Origin: an uncultured Alphaproteobacteria bacterium
GTDB taxonomy: Bacteria > Pseudomonadota > Alphaproteobacteria > UBA7887
Reading direction: 5' to 3'
Assembly: GCA_902562525.1 (NCBI GenBank)
Contig: CACETT010000001.1
Span: 28,036-92,035 of the forward strand
Length of the DNA: 64,000 nt
This document shows, in pieces, positions 52,055 through 61,974 of the stretch. The notes under the pieces were generated by a model. That model saw nothing but the letters and a program-made list of their open reading frames with translations, ran no database searches and had not been told where the DNA came from. The position numbers and the translations under genes were made by a program. The first letter of the stretch is position 1. Each line of letters begins with the position of its first letter.

Positions 52055-53176
52055 CTAATTCAGTAGGGCTAGTGGTCCAACTTCTTTTTCAATTGCAGGG
52101 ATAACCTCAGAGCCGAAGGTCTCTATGGAGTGCATTGCCCGATCATGTGTTACGCTTCCTATAGTAAAGTATAGAGCCATGTGTTTGGGGGTAACTTTCT
52201 TTATGACCTCTACACATTTTTCCGCACAGGTTTCTGCGTCACCAACAATGAGATTGTCTACGATTTCGTCCAGAGATAATTCGTTTTCCAACGGGCTTTC
52301 AACTAGCATGCCATTTTCAAGAACTTCAGTTCTGTGTCTCAGTTGAAAGGCTAAACGAGCCTGGAAGCGGAGATTTTCTGCAAAGTCTCTCGCTTCGGCC
52401 TTGGTTTCGCATATATGAGCTGCGCCGAGAGTGCTGAAATTCATTTTGGTGGGACTATGTCCTGATTGAGCCCAGAATTGTGAACAATACTCTTTCTGGG
52501 CAACCAAAAACTCTGGTCCAAAGAGGCGACCTGTAATAATAGGGGTATAATTTTTCCTCGCGGCTTTTAGAAGAAGATCGGGATGACCGCCTGCTACCCA
52601 GACTTCAGGCATTCGGTTTTCGACGGGTCGAACATTTATCTGGGTGTTGGCTTGTGAAATATATTGGCCGTCAAATGAGACTTCAGTCTCGGTCAGGCCG
52701 GCCTCTAGAATTTCTAACATCTCTAGGGTTCGGTCCTTTGCTTCTTCTAAATTCAAGCCAAATCTATCAAATTCAAAGGGCTGGTAACCGCTGCCAATAC
52801 CAAGAACCAGACGTCCTTGGGCCATTTGATCCGCCATGCCTATCTCCCCAAGCAAGCGTGCAGGATGATATAAAGGTAATACCAAAACACCAGTTGCAAG
52901 CTGGATTTTTTTAGTTTGAGCCGCCATATGGGCGACCATCATTAGTGGCGACGGGGTAAGGCTATAATTTGAAAAGTGATGCTCAGCGAACCAGGCTGTT
53001 TTGAAGCCAGCTATTTCTGCTGCTTGGACTTGCTCAGAGGTTTGGGAGAGCATGTCTATAACTGTTTGAGTGCCTGACCTTTGATTCATCAAACAAAATA
53101 ACCCAAAATCCATTTCATGCTCCTGAAGATATGTATTGTTTTGACGTGACGCCTCTCCATATAGATGAAGATGCAC
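52055..53176 (-). CDS. LLM-class flavin-dependent oxidoreductase (luciferase-like monooxygenase; probable start at 53113)
   Basis: TIM-barrel LLM signature region FAEHHF...GVLVLPLYHPARLLGEIGMADQMAQGRLVLGIGSGY. Confidence 0.85.
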   Translation of the reverse strand: MHLHLYGEASRQNNTYLQEHEMDFGLFCLMNQRSGTQTVIDMLSQTSEQVQAAEIAGFKTAWFAEHHFSNYSLTPSPLMMVAHMAAQTKKIQLATGVLVLPLYHPARLLGEIGMADQMAQGRLVLGIGSGYQPFEFDRFGLNLEEAKDRTLEMLEILEAGLTETEVSFDGQYISQANTQINVRPVENRMPEVWVAGGHPDLLLKAARKNYTPIITGRLFGPEFLVAQKEYCSQFWAQSGHSPTKMNFSTLGAAHICETKAEARDFAENLRFQARLAFQLRHRTEVLENGMLVESPLENELSLDEIVDNLIVGDAETCAEKCVEVIKKVTPKHMALYFTIGSVTHDRAMHSIETFGSEVIPAIEKEVGPLALLN

Positions 53177-53266
53177 AATGTTTCGTGTCTCTAGTACTAG
53201 AATGTGAAGCGACCAAACTGAGACCTCCTACAGGGAAGATAATTGGGAGGCTCTTTCCATGAACTT

Positions 53267-54898
53267 TTAATTGAAATCCCACATTTTGCCGGGCGCTGCA
53301 TTGAAAAGGCGTTTGGTATACTCATGTTTAGGATTTTCAAATATCGTTTTGGTTGGTCCATGCTCCACTATTTTTCCATGATACATAACCGCTATATTGT
53401 CCGAGACTTGTGCCGCAACTCTAAGGTCATGCGTGATGAATAGTATAGCCAAATCTAATTTTGACTGTAGGGTCTTCAGCAACTCCAAGACTTGGGCTTG
53501 TACAGACACGTCGAGGGCGGAGACTGGTTCATCAGCTACAAGCACATCAGGCTCCATTGCAAGGGCACGAGCAATACAGATTCGTTGACGTTGGCCTCCC
53601 GAAAATTGATGTGGATATCGGCTCATTGCGTCTGTGTCTAAGCCCACCAGTTTGAGCAGGGTGCGAGTACGTTCGCTAGCTTCAGCTCTTCCTAAGCCAT
53701 AGTTCATCGGGCCCTCGGCGATCGCACGTCCAACAGTTTGTCTGGGGTTTAAAGATCTATAGGGATCTTGAAAGACGATTTGTATATGTTTTCGGAGGGG
53801 CCGGTACGCTCGTTCAGATATTTCCGCAATATTGGTATTGTTGACTCTAATCTCCCCGGCGGTTGGGTTTATAAGGCGGGCAATACATCTGGCTACTGTG
53901 GATTTGCCAGATCCTGACTCTCCTACAATACCAAGGGTTTCTCCTCGGCGAATATCGAAACTGATATCATCAGCTGCTTTCACGGTGCGCCGTCTTCCAA
54001 ACAAAGATTTGGTCTTATATATTTTTTCTAGAGACTTTGTGGAAATTGCTATCTCTTTCCCCGGATTTGCAGGGCGAGATTTGGGAATAAGGCTAGGAAC
54101 GGCATCAATTAACATTGCCGTATAGTCATCCTTTGGATGGCCAAGTACATTTTCAGTCTTTCCTTGTTCAACGATTATGCCATCTTTCATGACGATTACC
54201 CTATCGGCAATTTCTGCAACTACGCCAAAGTCATGAGTAATGAATAATACCCCCGTATCCCGATTTTTCTGGATATCTTTGATGAGATTTAAAATTTGTT
54301 GTTGGGTGGTTACATCCAAGGCGGTGGTTGGTTCATCAGCAATAAGGAGCGCTGGCTCCAATGCCAGAGCTAGAGCTATCATTACTCTTTGTCTCTGGCC
54401 TCCCGATATTTCATGTGGATACGAGCGGAAGAGGTTTTTGTTATCGGGTAGATTTACAGCATCCATTAGCTCGTAAACCCTATTTTTTCTGTCGTGAGAG
54501 GACATATCCCTGTGCTCGGTCAGCACTTCTTCAATCTGGCGGCCGAGAGGCATTACCGGGTTTAACGCGGTCATGGGCTCTTGGAAAATCATGGCCATAC
54601 GGTTGCCCCTCAATTGCCGTAATCGCTTTGGGCTGGCGCCTATAATCGGTTCACCCAAGACCGAAATGGAACCTGCCTCGGTTTTGAGTTGGTTTTCAGG
54701 AAGTAGTCCCATCACACTATGTGCTGTCACAGATTTCCCTGAACCTGATTCTCCAACCACGCATAGGATTTCCTTGGGAAATACCTCTAAAGAAACTTGA
54801 TTTACGGCATGTATGCGCTCCGCGCTATCTGGGAGCCGGACGGCCAGGTCTTTGATAATGAGTACAGGCTCACGGGGTGTTACGGGTTGTGTTTCCAT
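53267..54898 (-). CDS. ABC transporter ATP-binding protein with two fused ATPase domains (GsiA/DppDF-like)
   Basis: Two complete Walker A (GESGSGKS twice), signature LSGGQRQR twice, and Walker B sets in a single 543-aa ORF. Confidence 0.9.
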   Translation of the reverse strand: METQPVTPREPVLIIKDLAVRLPDSAERIHAVNQVSLEVFPKEILCVVGESGSGKSVTAHSVMGLLPENQLKTEAGSISVLGEPIIGASPKRLRQLRGNRMAMIFQEPMTALNPVMPLGRQIEEVLTEHRDMSSHDRKNRVYELMDAVNLPDNKNLFRSYPHEISGGQRQRVMIALALALEPALLIADEPTTALDVTTQQQILNLIKDIQKNRDTGVLFITHDFGVVAEIADRVIVMKDGIIVEQGKTENVLGHPKDDYTAMLIDAVPSLIPKSRPANPGKEIAISTKSLEKIYKTKSLFGRRRTVKAADDISFDIRRGETLGIVGESGSGKSTVARCIARLINPTAGEIRVNNTNIAEISERAYRPLRKHIQIVFQDPYRSLNPRQTVGRAIAEGPMNYGLGRAEASERTRTLLKLVGLDTDAMSRYPHQFSGGQRQRICIARALAMEPDVLVADEPVSALDVSVQAQVLELLKTLQSKLDLAILFITHDLRVAAQVSDNIAVMYHGKIVEHGPTKTIFENPKHEYTKRLFNAAPGKMWDFN

Positions 54899-54912
54899 GA
54901 AGATTCCCTCCT

Positions 54913-55797
54913 CTACAGTTGCTTAGCAAGTCGGGGATCCAGAGTATCTCTCAATCCATCTCCCAGGACATTAACCCCGAGCACCGTTAGTGCCAGATAA
55001 AGCCCAGGAAAAAATATGATCCAAGGGGCTATTTGGAAATAGGATTTCCCTTCTGCCATTATGTTGCCCCAACTCGGAGTTTCCGGAGGAACCCCGGCCC
55101 CTAGGAAACTCAATATGGCCTCTAAAATCATAGCAGAAGCGCAAACATAGGTTCCTTGCACAATGAGGGGAGCAACTATGTTTGGCAATATGTGCCGGAT
55201 CAAAATTTTTGGAGTTCTAGTGCCTAAGGAAATCGCGGATTCAACATAGGGCTCCTCTCGCAAGCCCAACACTATGCCACGGACTAGGCGAACGACTCTC
55301 GGGATCTCGGGAATTGTAATGGCGAGTATCACCGTTTTTAAACTTGCGCCTGCTAGGGCTAACATCGCGATCGCCAGAAGAATTCCAGGTATGGCCATAA
55401 TCCCGTCCATTATCCGCATTACAATTGCGTCTAGCCAGCGGAAGTAGCCTGCTACCAAACCAACTACGAGGCCAATGGATACGCTTAGGACGGCAACCGA
55501 GAACCCAACTGCCAAGGAGATGCGACATCCAAACACTGTTCGGCTGTAAATATCTCTGCCGTACATATCAGTTCCAAACCAGAATCCCGAGGAAGGTCCC
55601 TTTAACCGGTCGATTGGATGCATGGAAGTAGGTTCTACGGTAAACAGCACGGGTGCCAACAATGCGGTAATTGCGACAAACAACAACAAGAACCCGCCAA
55701 TCGCTACGCTCGAATTTGAAATAAGCAATGCTGGCCAAGTCGTGAGGCCTTTCAGTTTTGCTAGGATCGCGGGGTATGTTTCAGGTTTTAAAGTCAA
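54913..55797 (-). CDS. ABC transporter permease (DppC/OppC/GsiD-like)
   Basis: Six TM helices and the EAA-like loop typical of the BPD-transport family. N-terminal region as in OppC. Confidence 0.9.
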   Translation of the reverse strand: MTLKPETYPAILAKLKGLTTWPALLISNSSVAIGGFLLLFVAITALLAPVLFTVEPTSMHPIDRLKGPSSGFWFGTDMYGRDIYSRTVFGCRISLAVGFSVAVLSVSIGLVVGLVAGYFRWLDAIVMRIMDGIMAIPGILLAIAMLALAGASLKTVILAITIPEIPRVVRLVRGIVLGLREEPYVESAISLGTRTPKILIRHILPNIVAPLIVQGTYVCASAMILEAILSFLGAGVPPETPSWGNIMAEGKSYFQIAPWIIFFPGLYLALTVLGVNVLGDGLRDTLDPRLAKQL

Positions 55798-56735
55798 AAT
55801 CGGATCCTTGGATCAAGAGCGACGTATAGAAGATCAATGATAAGATTGATCAAAACGTACAAGCCAGAGAAAACCAAAATAATCCCCTGGATGACTGGGT
55901 AGTCTCTTCGAAGAACGGCATCTACTGTAAGGCGCCCCAGTCCTGGGATGTTATACACACTCTCGGTTACAACAACCCCGCCAATCAATAAGGCAAAACC
56001 TATGCCTATCACGGTCACAATAGGAACGGCGGCATTTGGCAGAGCGTGCCTAGCAAGTATAGATCGCTCCCCTAGACCCTTAGATTTCGCCGTGCGGATA
56101 TAGTCCTCATTAAGTATTTCTAAAATACTCGCGCGGGTAATTCTAGCAAAGAGGGCAATAAAAATGACGCTCAAGGTAATGCTGGGTAGCACCAAACGAT
56201 GAAGAAAAGGGATTATGCCATCTGTTATGCTGACGAAGCCTTGTACCGGGAATAGGCCCAATTGCAGAGCAAAAATATAAATAAGTGCATAACCAAGCAC
56301 AAAGACCGGGGTTGAAAAACCTAGAACGGAGAAAGCCATCACAGTTCTATCTACCCAGCTTCCAGCCTTCCATGCAGCAAGAATACCGAGGGGAATGGCG
56401 ACAACGATGGCGAAGATCAGGGTTGTAAGCGCAAGGGAAAGGGTAGGCTCAACCCTCTGAAGAATAAGTTGGCTGACTGGGAGGTTAGAAAAAATAGAAA
56501 CTCCCAAATCTCCTCTGGAAAGTTGCATAAGCCAAGTGGTGAATTGGATGTGCAAGGGTTGGTCCAGTCCAAGCTGGGCACGTATGCGGGCGATGTCGGC
56601 GGGGCTGGCGTAATCGCCTGCGATAATTGTCGCCGGGTCTCCTGGGCTCAAGTGCAGAAGCAAAAAAACAAAAAGTGCCACTATGCCCATGACGGGGACA
56701 GTAGCAGCTAATCTGCGGATGATGAATGTAAGCAC
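55794..56735 (-). CDS. ABC transporter permease (DppB/OppB/GsiC-like)
   Basis: BPD-transport permease fold. ATGA overlap with the downstream permease. Confidence 0.9.
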   Translation of the reverse strand: MLTFIIRRLAATVPVMGIVALFVFLLLHLSPGDPATIIAGDYASPADIARIRAQLGLDQPLHIQFTTWLMQLSRGDLGVSIFSNLPVSQLILQRVEPTLSLALTTLIFAIVVAIPLGILAAWKAGSWVDRTVMAFSVLGFSTPVFVLGYALIYIFALQLGLFPVQGFVSITDGIIPFLHRLVLPSITLSVIFIALFARITRASILEILNEDYIRTAKSKGLGERSILARHALPNAAVPIVTVIGIGFALLIGGVVVTESVYNIPGLGRLTVDAVLRRDYPVIQGIILVFSGLYVLINLIIDLLYVALDPRIRF

Positions 56736-56756
56736 AGCTGCTGCCGGCGCGTGAGG

Positions 56757-58349
56757 TTATTGTTTTTCCACGTTCCAAAAGAAAGGAACGGGTGACGATA
56801 AGAAGCCTGTCAAATTGTTCCTATATGCAAAAGGAGTGTTAAACTCACCCCAATTGACATAGGTCACCACCTCATACGCTCTTTTTTGGATTTGTTCAGC
56901 TATACGAAATTGTGCATCAGATGATGTTGCAAGCGCGTATTCATGACGCAGGTGCTCGAGCTCTTCGTCGCATGGCCAGCCAAACCATGCACGGTCTTGG
57001 CACCCCCCGGAGACACCAATGTTTGTGATGGGGTTAAAAATATCTGCTCCACTCCACCAGGTTATAAAAATATTCCAGCCCCCTTCGGATGGCGGGTCCG
57101 TCATGGCGCGCCGGGAGGTAAGCGTGCTCCAATCCATCGCTTGCAATTCAACATTGATACCTGCTTCCCGCAGTAATTGTGCTGTCATCAATGCCGCACC
57201 GCTATTCGCCGGTGTATCCGTTGCTTGCATGACGATGATGGGACTGCCGTCGTATCCCGCTTCCGCAAATAGTTCCCGTACGCGATCCATGTCATGGCCC
57301 ATCAATGGTTCGGAGCCGATGGCAGTTTCCAGCGGGGTGCCGCATCCAAAAAAGGCAGGGCATGTCTGGAAATATTCGGGATTGCCAATTACTGCTTGAA
57401 GAAAGTTTTTTTGATCCACTAGCCAGAGCATTGCTTGTCGAGCCGCAGGATTATTAAACGGTGGATGGAGGTGGTTAAGTCGCATCCACCCTTGAATCCC
57501 AAGAGGAAGAGGCTTGATAATAATTTCTGGATTTGATTCCATTATTGGCAAGAGATCCACTGGGGGCACTTCAAAGAAATCAATTTCCCCAGCTATAAGG
57601 GCATTCATGGCTGTGGCAGGATCTGGTATATACAGCCATTCCACTCTGTCTACGTTAACAACTTTTCCACCAGCGGCGAAGCTAGCCGGCTCCTCTCGGG
57701 GTATGTAGGCTTCGTTTTTTACGTAGACAACTTTGACACCTGGGATCCACTCGTCTTTGATAAACTTGAAAGGCCCAGATCCTATGGTCTCCGGAACTTG
57801 TTCAAAAGGGTCTGTTTTTGCAAGGCGTTCCGGCATCATGAATGGAACGTTTGAGCTAAGCTTGGCCAGAGAGTCGATAACAAGTCCATACGGTTTTTTA
57901 AGGGTGAGTCTAAATGTGCGCGTGTCCATAGTTTCCAGGCTGGCCATCATGTCCATCAGTTTTTGGCCCATTCCGTCCCGCGCTCCCCAGCGCAGAAGAG
58001 AGGCGACACAGTCTTGGGCAGTCACGGGTTTGTCATCGTGCCATTGAAGACCTTTCCGGAGCGTAAATTCATAGATCAGCCCATCTTCGCTAACGGTGTG
58101 ATTTTCCACCATCTGGGGCTGTGGATTAAAATTCTCATCCAGAGCGAACAGAGTGTCATACACCATGTATCCGTGGTTTCTGGTGATATACGCTGTTGTC
58201 CAGATGGGATCGATATTTTTTAAGTCCGCGTGGGCCACCATGCGAATGGTGTTGTCCGCATATGCCAGACTCGCGAGCCCCATGAAAGTGAGTAGGAACA
58301 AAGTGGAGCTATGGGCTAGGTTTTTAATGGACTTTAGCATTTGGGACAA
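56757..58349 (-). CDS. ABC transporter substrate-binding protein, family 5 (peptide/nickel/opine/glutathione type)
   Basis: Signal peptide and an SBP_bac_5 fold of about 500 aa. Confidence 0.9.
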   Translation of the reverse strand: MSQMLKSIKNLAHSSTLFLLTFMGLASLAYADNTIRMVAHADLKNIDPIWTTAYITRNHGYMVYDTLFALDENFNPQPQMVENHTVSEDGLIYEFTLRKGLQWHDDKPVTAQDCVASLLRWGARDGMGQKLMDMMASLETMDTRTFRLTLKKPYGLVIDSLAKLSSNVPFMMPERLAKTDPFEQVPETIGSGPFKFIKDEWIPGVKVVYVKNEAYIPREEPASFAAGGKVVNVDRVEWLYIPDPATAMNALIAGEIDFFEVPPVDLLPIMESNPEIIIKPLPLGIQGWMRLNHLHPPFNNPAARQAMLWLVDQKNFLQAVIGNPEYFQTCPAFFGCGTPLETAIGSEPLMGHDMDRVRELFAEAGYDGSPIIVMQATDTPANSGAALMTAQLLREAGINVELQAMDWSTLTSRRAMTDPPSEGGWNIFITWWSGADIFNPITNIGVSGGCQDRAWFGWPCDEELEHLRHEYALATSSDAQFRIAEQIQKRAYEVVTYVNWGEFNTPFAYRNNLTGFLSSPVPFFWNVEKQ

Positions 58350-58473
58350 CCTTTCGCCTTCAAGGGGCCTTAAAAATTTTCTTTGCTCATTATGACAGGT
58401 AGGTGGGTTGGGTTAAACACGTATTCGTCGGCACAGTGGGTGCCCAAAACTGTAGACGTATATGACCAAGCAT

Positions 58474-59283
58474 TTATTCTGGCGATAGGGGAGCGTGATC
58501 TAGCCTCGCCACTACTCCTTTGAGTTCTGCTGTAGCCGGCGGATAGCGCTGGAGTACCAGTGGATCATGTCCAGGAATGATATGGTTCTGGCTGCTGGCG
58601 AGTTTCCTCAGGGTTTTGAACCCATTCACCATTTGGCCAACATCGAACACGATTGGAAATGGTGCAACCCTCTCCATATTTGCGTATAAGTGACTTGCAT
58701 CTGAGGCCAATACGAGCCACCCCCGTTCTGTCCATAAACGTACACATTGCATTCCCATGGTATGTCCGCCAATGAAGTGAACGCTAATGCCAGGAGTTAG
58801 TTCGGCGTCTCCATCATGAAATTCGACACGGCCCTCATAAACTTCTCTTACCAAGCTGACCACGTCATCTAGTTCGTAAGCACCTTGGAAAGTTTTTTCT
58901 CTCATGTATCTACCAGTTGCGTACTGTACCTCTTTATCTTGAATGTGAAGACGGGCCTTGGGAAACATGGAAAAATTTCCTACGTGGTCATAGTGAAGAT
59001 GGGTAAGAATAACATCATGAACAGTCTTTGCCTCAATCCCAATCAACGCTAAGCCTTCTAGGGGCGTTCGCAGCAGGGTTCTTCCTCTCTTTTTAGCCAC
59101 AGCGGCGTTGAAGCCGGTGTCAATCACATAAGTGTGAGTAGGGCCAACTGCTGCCCATATAAAATAGTCTAACGCCATTGGACCCTCGTGGGCGTCTCCG
59201 CCTATAAACATTTCATAGGGACTCCGCCCGCCGTGATGAGCGTACCGGATAGCGTAGACCTTAAACGTTTCCAGTTGTTGCAT
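58474..59283 (-). CDS. MBL-fold N-acyl homoserine lactonase-family hydrolase (AttM/AiiB/4-pyridoxolactonase-like)
   Basis: N-terminus VYAIRYA...DYFIW characteristic of this lactonase family, and the metal motif ILTHLHYDHVGN. Confidence 0.8.
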   Translation of the reverse strand: MQQLETFKVYAIRYAHHGGRSPYEMFIGGDAHEGPMALDYFIWAAVGPTHTYVIDTGFNAAVAKKRGRTLLRTPLEGLALIGIEAKTVHDVILTHLHYDHVGNFSMFPKARLHIQDKEVQYATGRYMREKTFQGAYELDDVVSLVREVYEGRVEFHDGDAELTPGISVHFIGGHTMGMQCVRLWTERGWLVLASDASHLYANMERVAPFPIVFDVGQMVNGFKTLRKLASSQNHIIPGHDPLVLQRYPPATAELKGVVARLDHAPLSPE

Positions 59284-59308
59284 TAAGAAGTTCCCCTGTT
59301 TTGGAATT

Positions 59309-59686
59309 CTATGCTTTCTCTTCAGAAAATACTTCCCGGGCTGTTCGGAAGGCGTCTATGGCGGCGGGGGCTCCGCAGTAAACCGCAGCCTGCAAGAAAA
59401 CTTCCTTCATTTCTTCCTTGGTTACGCCGTTATTTAGTGCTCCTCTGATATGCAGTTTTAATTCATGTGGGCGGTTTAGGGCTGTAAGCATTGCCAGGCA
59501 AAGAAAACTTCTAGTCTTTCGGGGTAAGCCGGGACGGTTCCAAATAGTCCCCCAAGCAAATTCTGTCACGAGCTCCTGCATTGGTTGATTGAATTCATCC
59601 GCAGATGCGATAGCTTTATCGACATAATCTGCCCCCAAAACCGCGCGCCGAATTTTTAAACCTTCATCATATTTTTTGCTGGTCAT
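59309..59686 (-). CDS. Carboxymuconolactone decarboxylase (CMD/AhpD-like) family protein
   Basis: PcaC-like core RRAVLGADYVDKA...FAWGTIWNRPGL...HIRGALNNGVTKEE. Confidence 0.8.
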   Translation of the reverse strand: MTSKKYDEGLKIRRAVLGADYVDKAIASADEFNQPMQELVTEFAWGTIWNRPGLPRKTRSFLCLAMLTALNRPHELKLHIRGALNNGVTKEEMKEVFLQAAVYCGAPAAIDAFRTAREVFSEEKA

Positions 59687-59821
59687 TTTGGTCCCCCTAT
59701 CCTATTGGCTATGTTTCTTGGTTGTAGAACTTTAATTGCCATGCCTAAAACATATAGGCATATGGAGCCTTTTTGTATATTTTCTGGTCTTAGTGGCTAA
59801 TACAATGGAATTATTTATTGC

Positions 59822-60373
59822 ATGCTTCCATATAAGGTGACCATTTGTGGTTTAAGAGAATTATCTGAAGTTGTTCCTTCAGGAATCAGCCATGTGATTT
59901 CAATACTTGATCCTGATTATCCGTACCCACCTGAGTTGGAAATCATAGATAGCTCTAGACGGGAACAGTTCTCTTTTGAAGATGTTGTCGTTCCGGAAGA
60001 AGGCCAAAAGATACCGGAAAGAGCTGATATAAAGAGGTTATTAGATTGGGGCCGTGGACTTTTGCTTGGGGGAGAGGAAACTCATTTATTGGTTCATTGC
60101 CACGCGGGCGTTTCACGCTCTACCGCTGCAACGGCAATTCTTATGTTGGAAAATAACCCGTGCCTTGAGGCGGAGGTGTTTCAGGAAATTTCACGTCTCC
60201 GGCCTCGAAATTGGCCCAATAGCAGGATGGTGGAAATTGCAGATGCATTACTTGGTTGCCAAGGTAGATTTATCGCCGAGCTTAAGAGGCACCATGCTCG
60301 TACCGCAGTTCAAAATCCAGAACTAGCTGAGTTAATTCGGCTACATGGAAGGGCACATGAAGTTCCTGACTAG
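59822..60373 (+). CDS. Cys-X5-Arg phosphatase (dual-specificity/tyrosine phosphatase-like)
   Basis: P-loop VHCHAGVSRS (C-x5-R-S). No signal peptide. Confidence 0.6.
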   Translation: MLPYKVTICGLRELSEVVPSGISHVISILDPDYPYPPELEIIDSSRREQFSFEDVVVPEEGQKIPERADIKRLLDWGRGLLLGGEETHLLVHCHAGVSRSTAATAILMLENNPCLEAEVFQEISRLRPRNWPNSRMVEIADALLGCQGRFIAELKRHHARTAVQNPELAELIRLHGRAHEVPD

Positions 60374-60400
60374 CCACGAAGTTCTTTAGTGAGTTTTGGA

Positions 60401-60826
60401 TTATTTGGTGGAGGGCTTTAACTTTAACGATGCCGAATTAAGGCAGTAACGAAGCCCAGTCGGGGGTGGACCGTCTTCAAACACATGACCAAGGTGGCTG
60501 TTGCAGGCAGCACATAGAACCTCAGTGCGAACCATGCCGTAGCTGGTGTCTGTCTTGGTCCTAATCTTGCTTTCGTCTATCGGTGTCCAGAAGCTTGGCC
60601 ATCCCGTTCCCGAGTCGTATTTCGTCGTAGATGCATAGAGGCTCTCCCCGCAACAGAGACATTCATAGACGCCATCAGTTTTTGTATCACAATATTGTCC
60701 GGTAAATGCGGGCTCCGTGCCGTGTTGACGTGTTATCTCGTATTGTTGTGGAGTTAGTTGTCTTCTCCACTCTTGGTCAGACTTTACAATTTTGGCTTGT
60801 GATCGGGGTTTTTCTACGTCAGGCAT
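60401..60826 (-). CDS. msrB: Peptide-methionine (R)-S-oxide reductase MsrB
   Basis: Two CxxC zinc pairs and the GTGWPSF...RTEVLCAACNSHLGHVF catalytic region. Confidence 0.9.
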   Translation of the reverse strand: MPDVEKPRSQAKIVKSDQEWRRQLTPQQYEITRQHGTEPAFTGQYCDTKTDGVYECLCCGESLYASTTKYDSGTGWPSFWTPIDESKIRTKTDTSYGMVRTEVLCAACNSHLGHVFEDGPPPTGLRYCLNSASLKLKPSTK

Positions 60827-60928
60827 GTTTATCTAAATCCAAAATAATGATGTAAGTTAAAAAGGGTGCAGTTTTCCATAATAATATGACATTCTACGAT
60901 ATTAGATTTTGTATGTAATGCATATTTT

Positions 60929-61858
60929 GTGAGTATAGATATGTCCATTAATTTTATTGATTGTCCCCGGTTTCTTGCTGAACTCTATAATGGGGATTTG
61001 ATGCAAATCGTTCCGGAGTTGGAGATACATACGGATGATCTGTCGCGGTCCCGAATGATGGCCCTTCTGGCTGACAGTGAATTTGTCATGAATGACCATA
61101 CATATATGGAACAAGACTTCCTTCTGAACTGTAAAAATCTTAAAGCGATCGTGTTTTTGGGGACTGGGGCATCAAGTTTTATTGATGTTGAGGCGGCAAC
61201 CCGTCAGGGCATAAGGGTTCGGACTGTAAAAGGATATGGGGATCGTAGCGTCGCTGAACATGCTATAGCGCTGATGTTCTCTGCTGGCCGAAGAGTAGCT
61301 GAAATGGACCGGTCGTTGCGGAATGGAGTTTGGGACACTCTAAATTCAATAGAATTTTTAGGAAAGAAGTTAGGTGTTGTGGGGACTGGTGGAATTGGAT
61401 CCGAAGTTGTGAGAATAGGAAGCGCTCTGGGAATGGAGGTTCTGGCATGGAATCGGAGCGGTGTGCCAAGCAGATTGCCATGTAAGGAGGTTTCTCTGGA
61501 CTATTTACTTGGTAATGTCGATGTCTTGTCGTTGCATCTTTCCCTTACAAAAGAAACAAAAAATATTATTAATGCAAAACGTTTGCGGGACCTAAAAAAT
61601 AACGCAATATTGATCAATACTTCCCGCGCCGCCCTTGTAGATGAAGTTGCTCTCTTGGAGTGTTTGATGATGGGTAGGATAAAGCATGCGGCCCTGGATG
61701 TATTTTTGGAAGAGCCATTGGCCGCAGACAACCCGTTTCTGAACCTAGACAATGTTACGCTGACTGCTCATGCAGGATGGATGACTACCGAAGCCTCTAT
61801 CAAATTACTACGAATGTCGTTGTTGGAACTGTCCGAAGAAATAGCTCTCGGTGATTAA
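60929..61858 (+). CDS. D-isomer-specific 2-hydroxyacid dehydrogenase family protein (glyoxylate/hydroxypyruvate reductase-like)
   Basis: NAD-binding GVVGTGGIGSEV and a catalytic R...E...H arrangement. Confidence 0.85.
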   Translation: MSIDMSINFIDCPRFLAELYNGDLMQIVPELEIHTDDLSRSRMMALLADSEFVMNDHTYMEQDFLLNCKNLKAIVFLGTGASSFIDVEAATRQGIRVRTVKGYGDRSVAEHAIALMFSAGRRVAEMDRSLRNGVWDTLNSIEFLGKKLGVVGTGGIGSEVVRIGSALGMEVLAWNRSGVPSRLPCKEVSLDYLLGNVDVLSLHLSLTKETKNIINAKRLRDLKNNAILINTSRAALVDEVALLECLMMGRIKHAALDVFLEEPLAADNPFLNLDNVTLTAHAGWMTTEASIKLLRMSLLELSEEIALGD

Positions 61859-61974
61859 GATAATAAGTCTAGGTTGCTGGAAAGGTCTAGGGAATGCAGC
61901 TAGGGAACGATGTTGATTTAATTTGAAGGGCCCGGCGACCACTTTCAGTCTGTATTGGCAGGGAGGTTAAAGTA

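Noticed and set aside
53397-54800. Multiple 60-100-aa plus-strand ORFs
   Set aside because: All lie antisense within the fused ABC ATPase gene, and the sense frame carries duplicated Walker and signature motifs.
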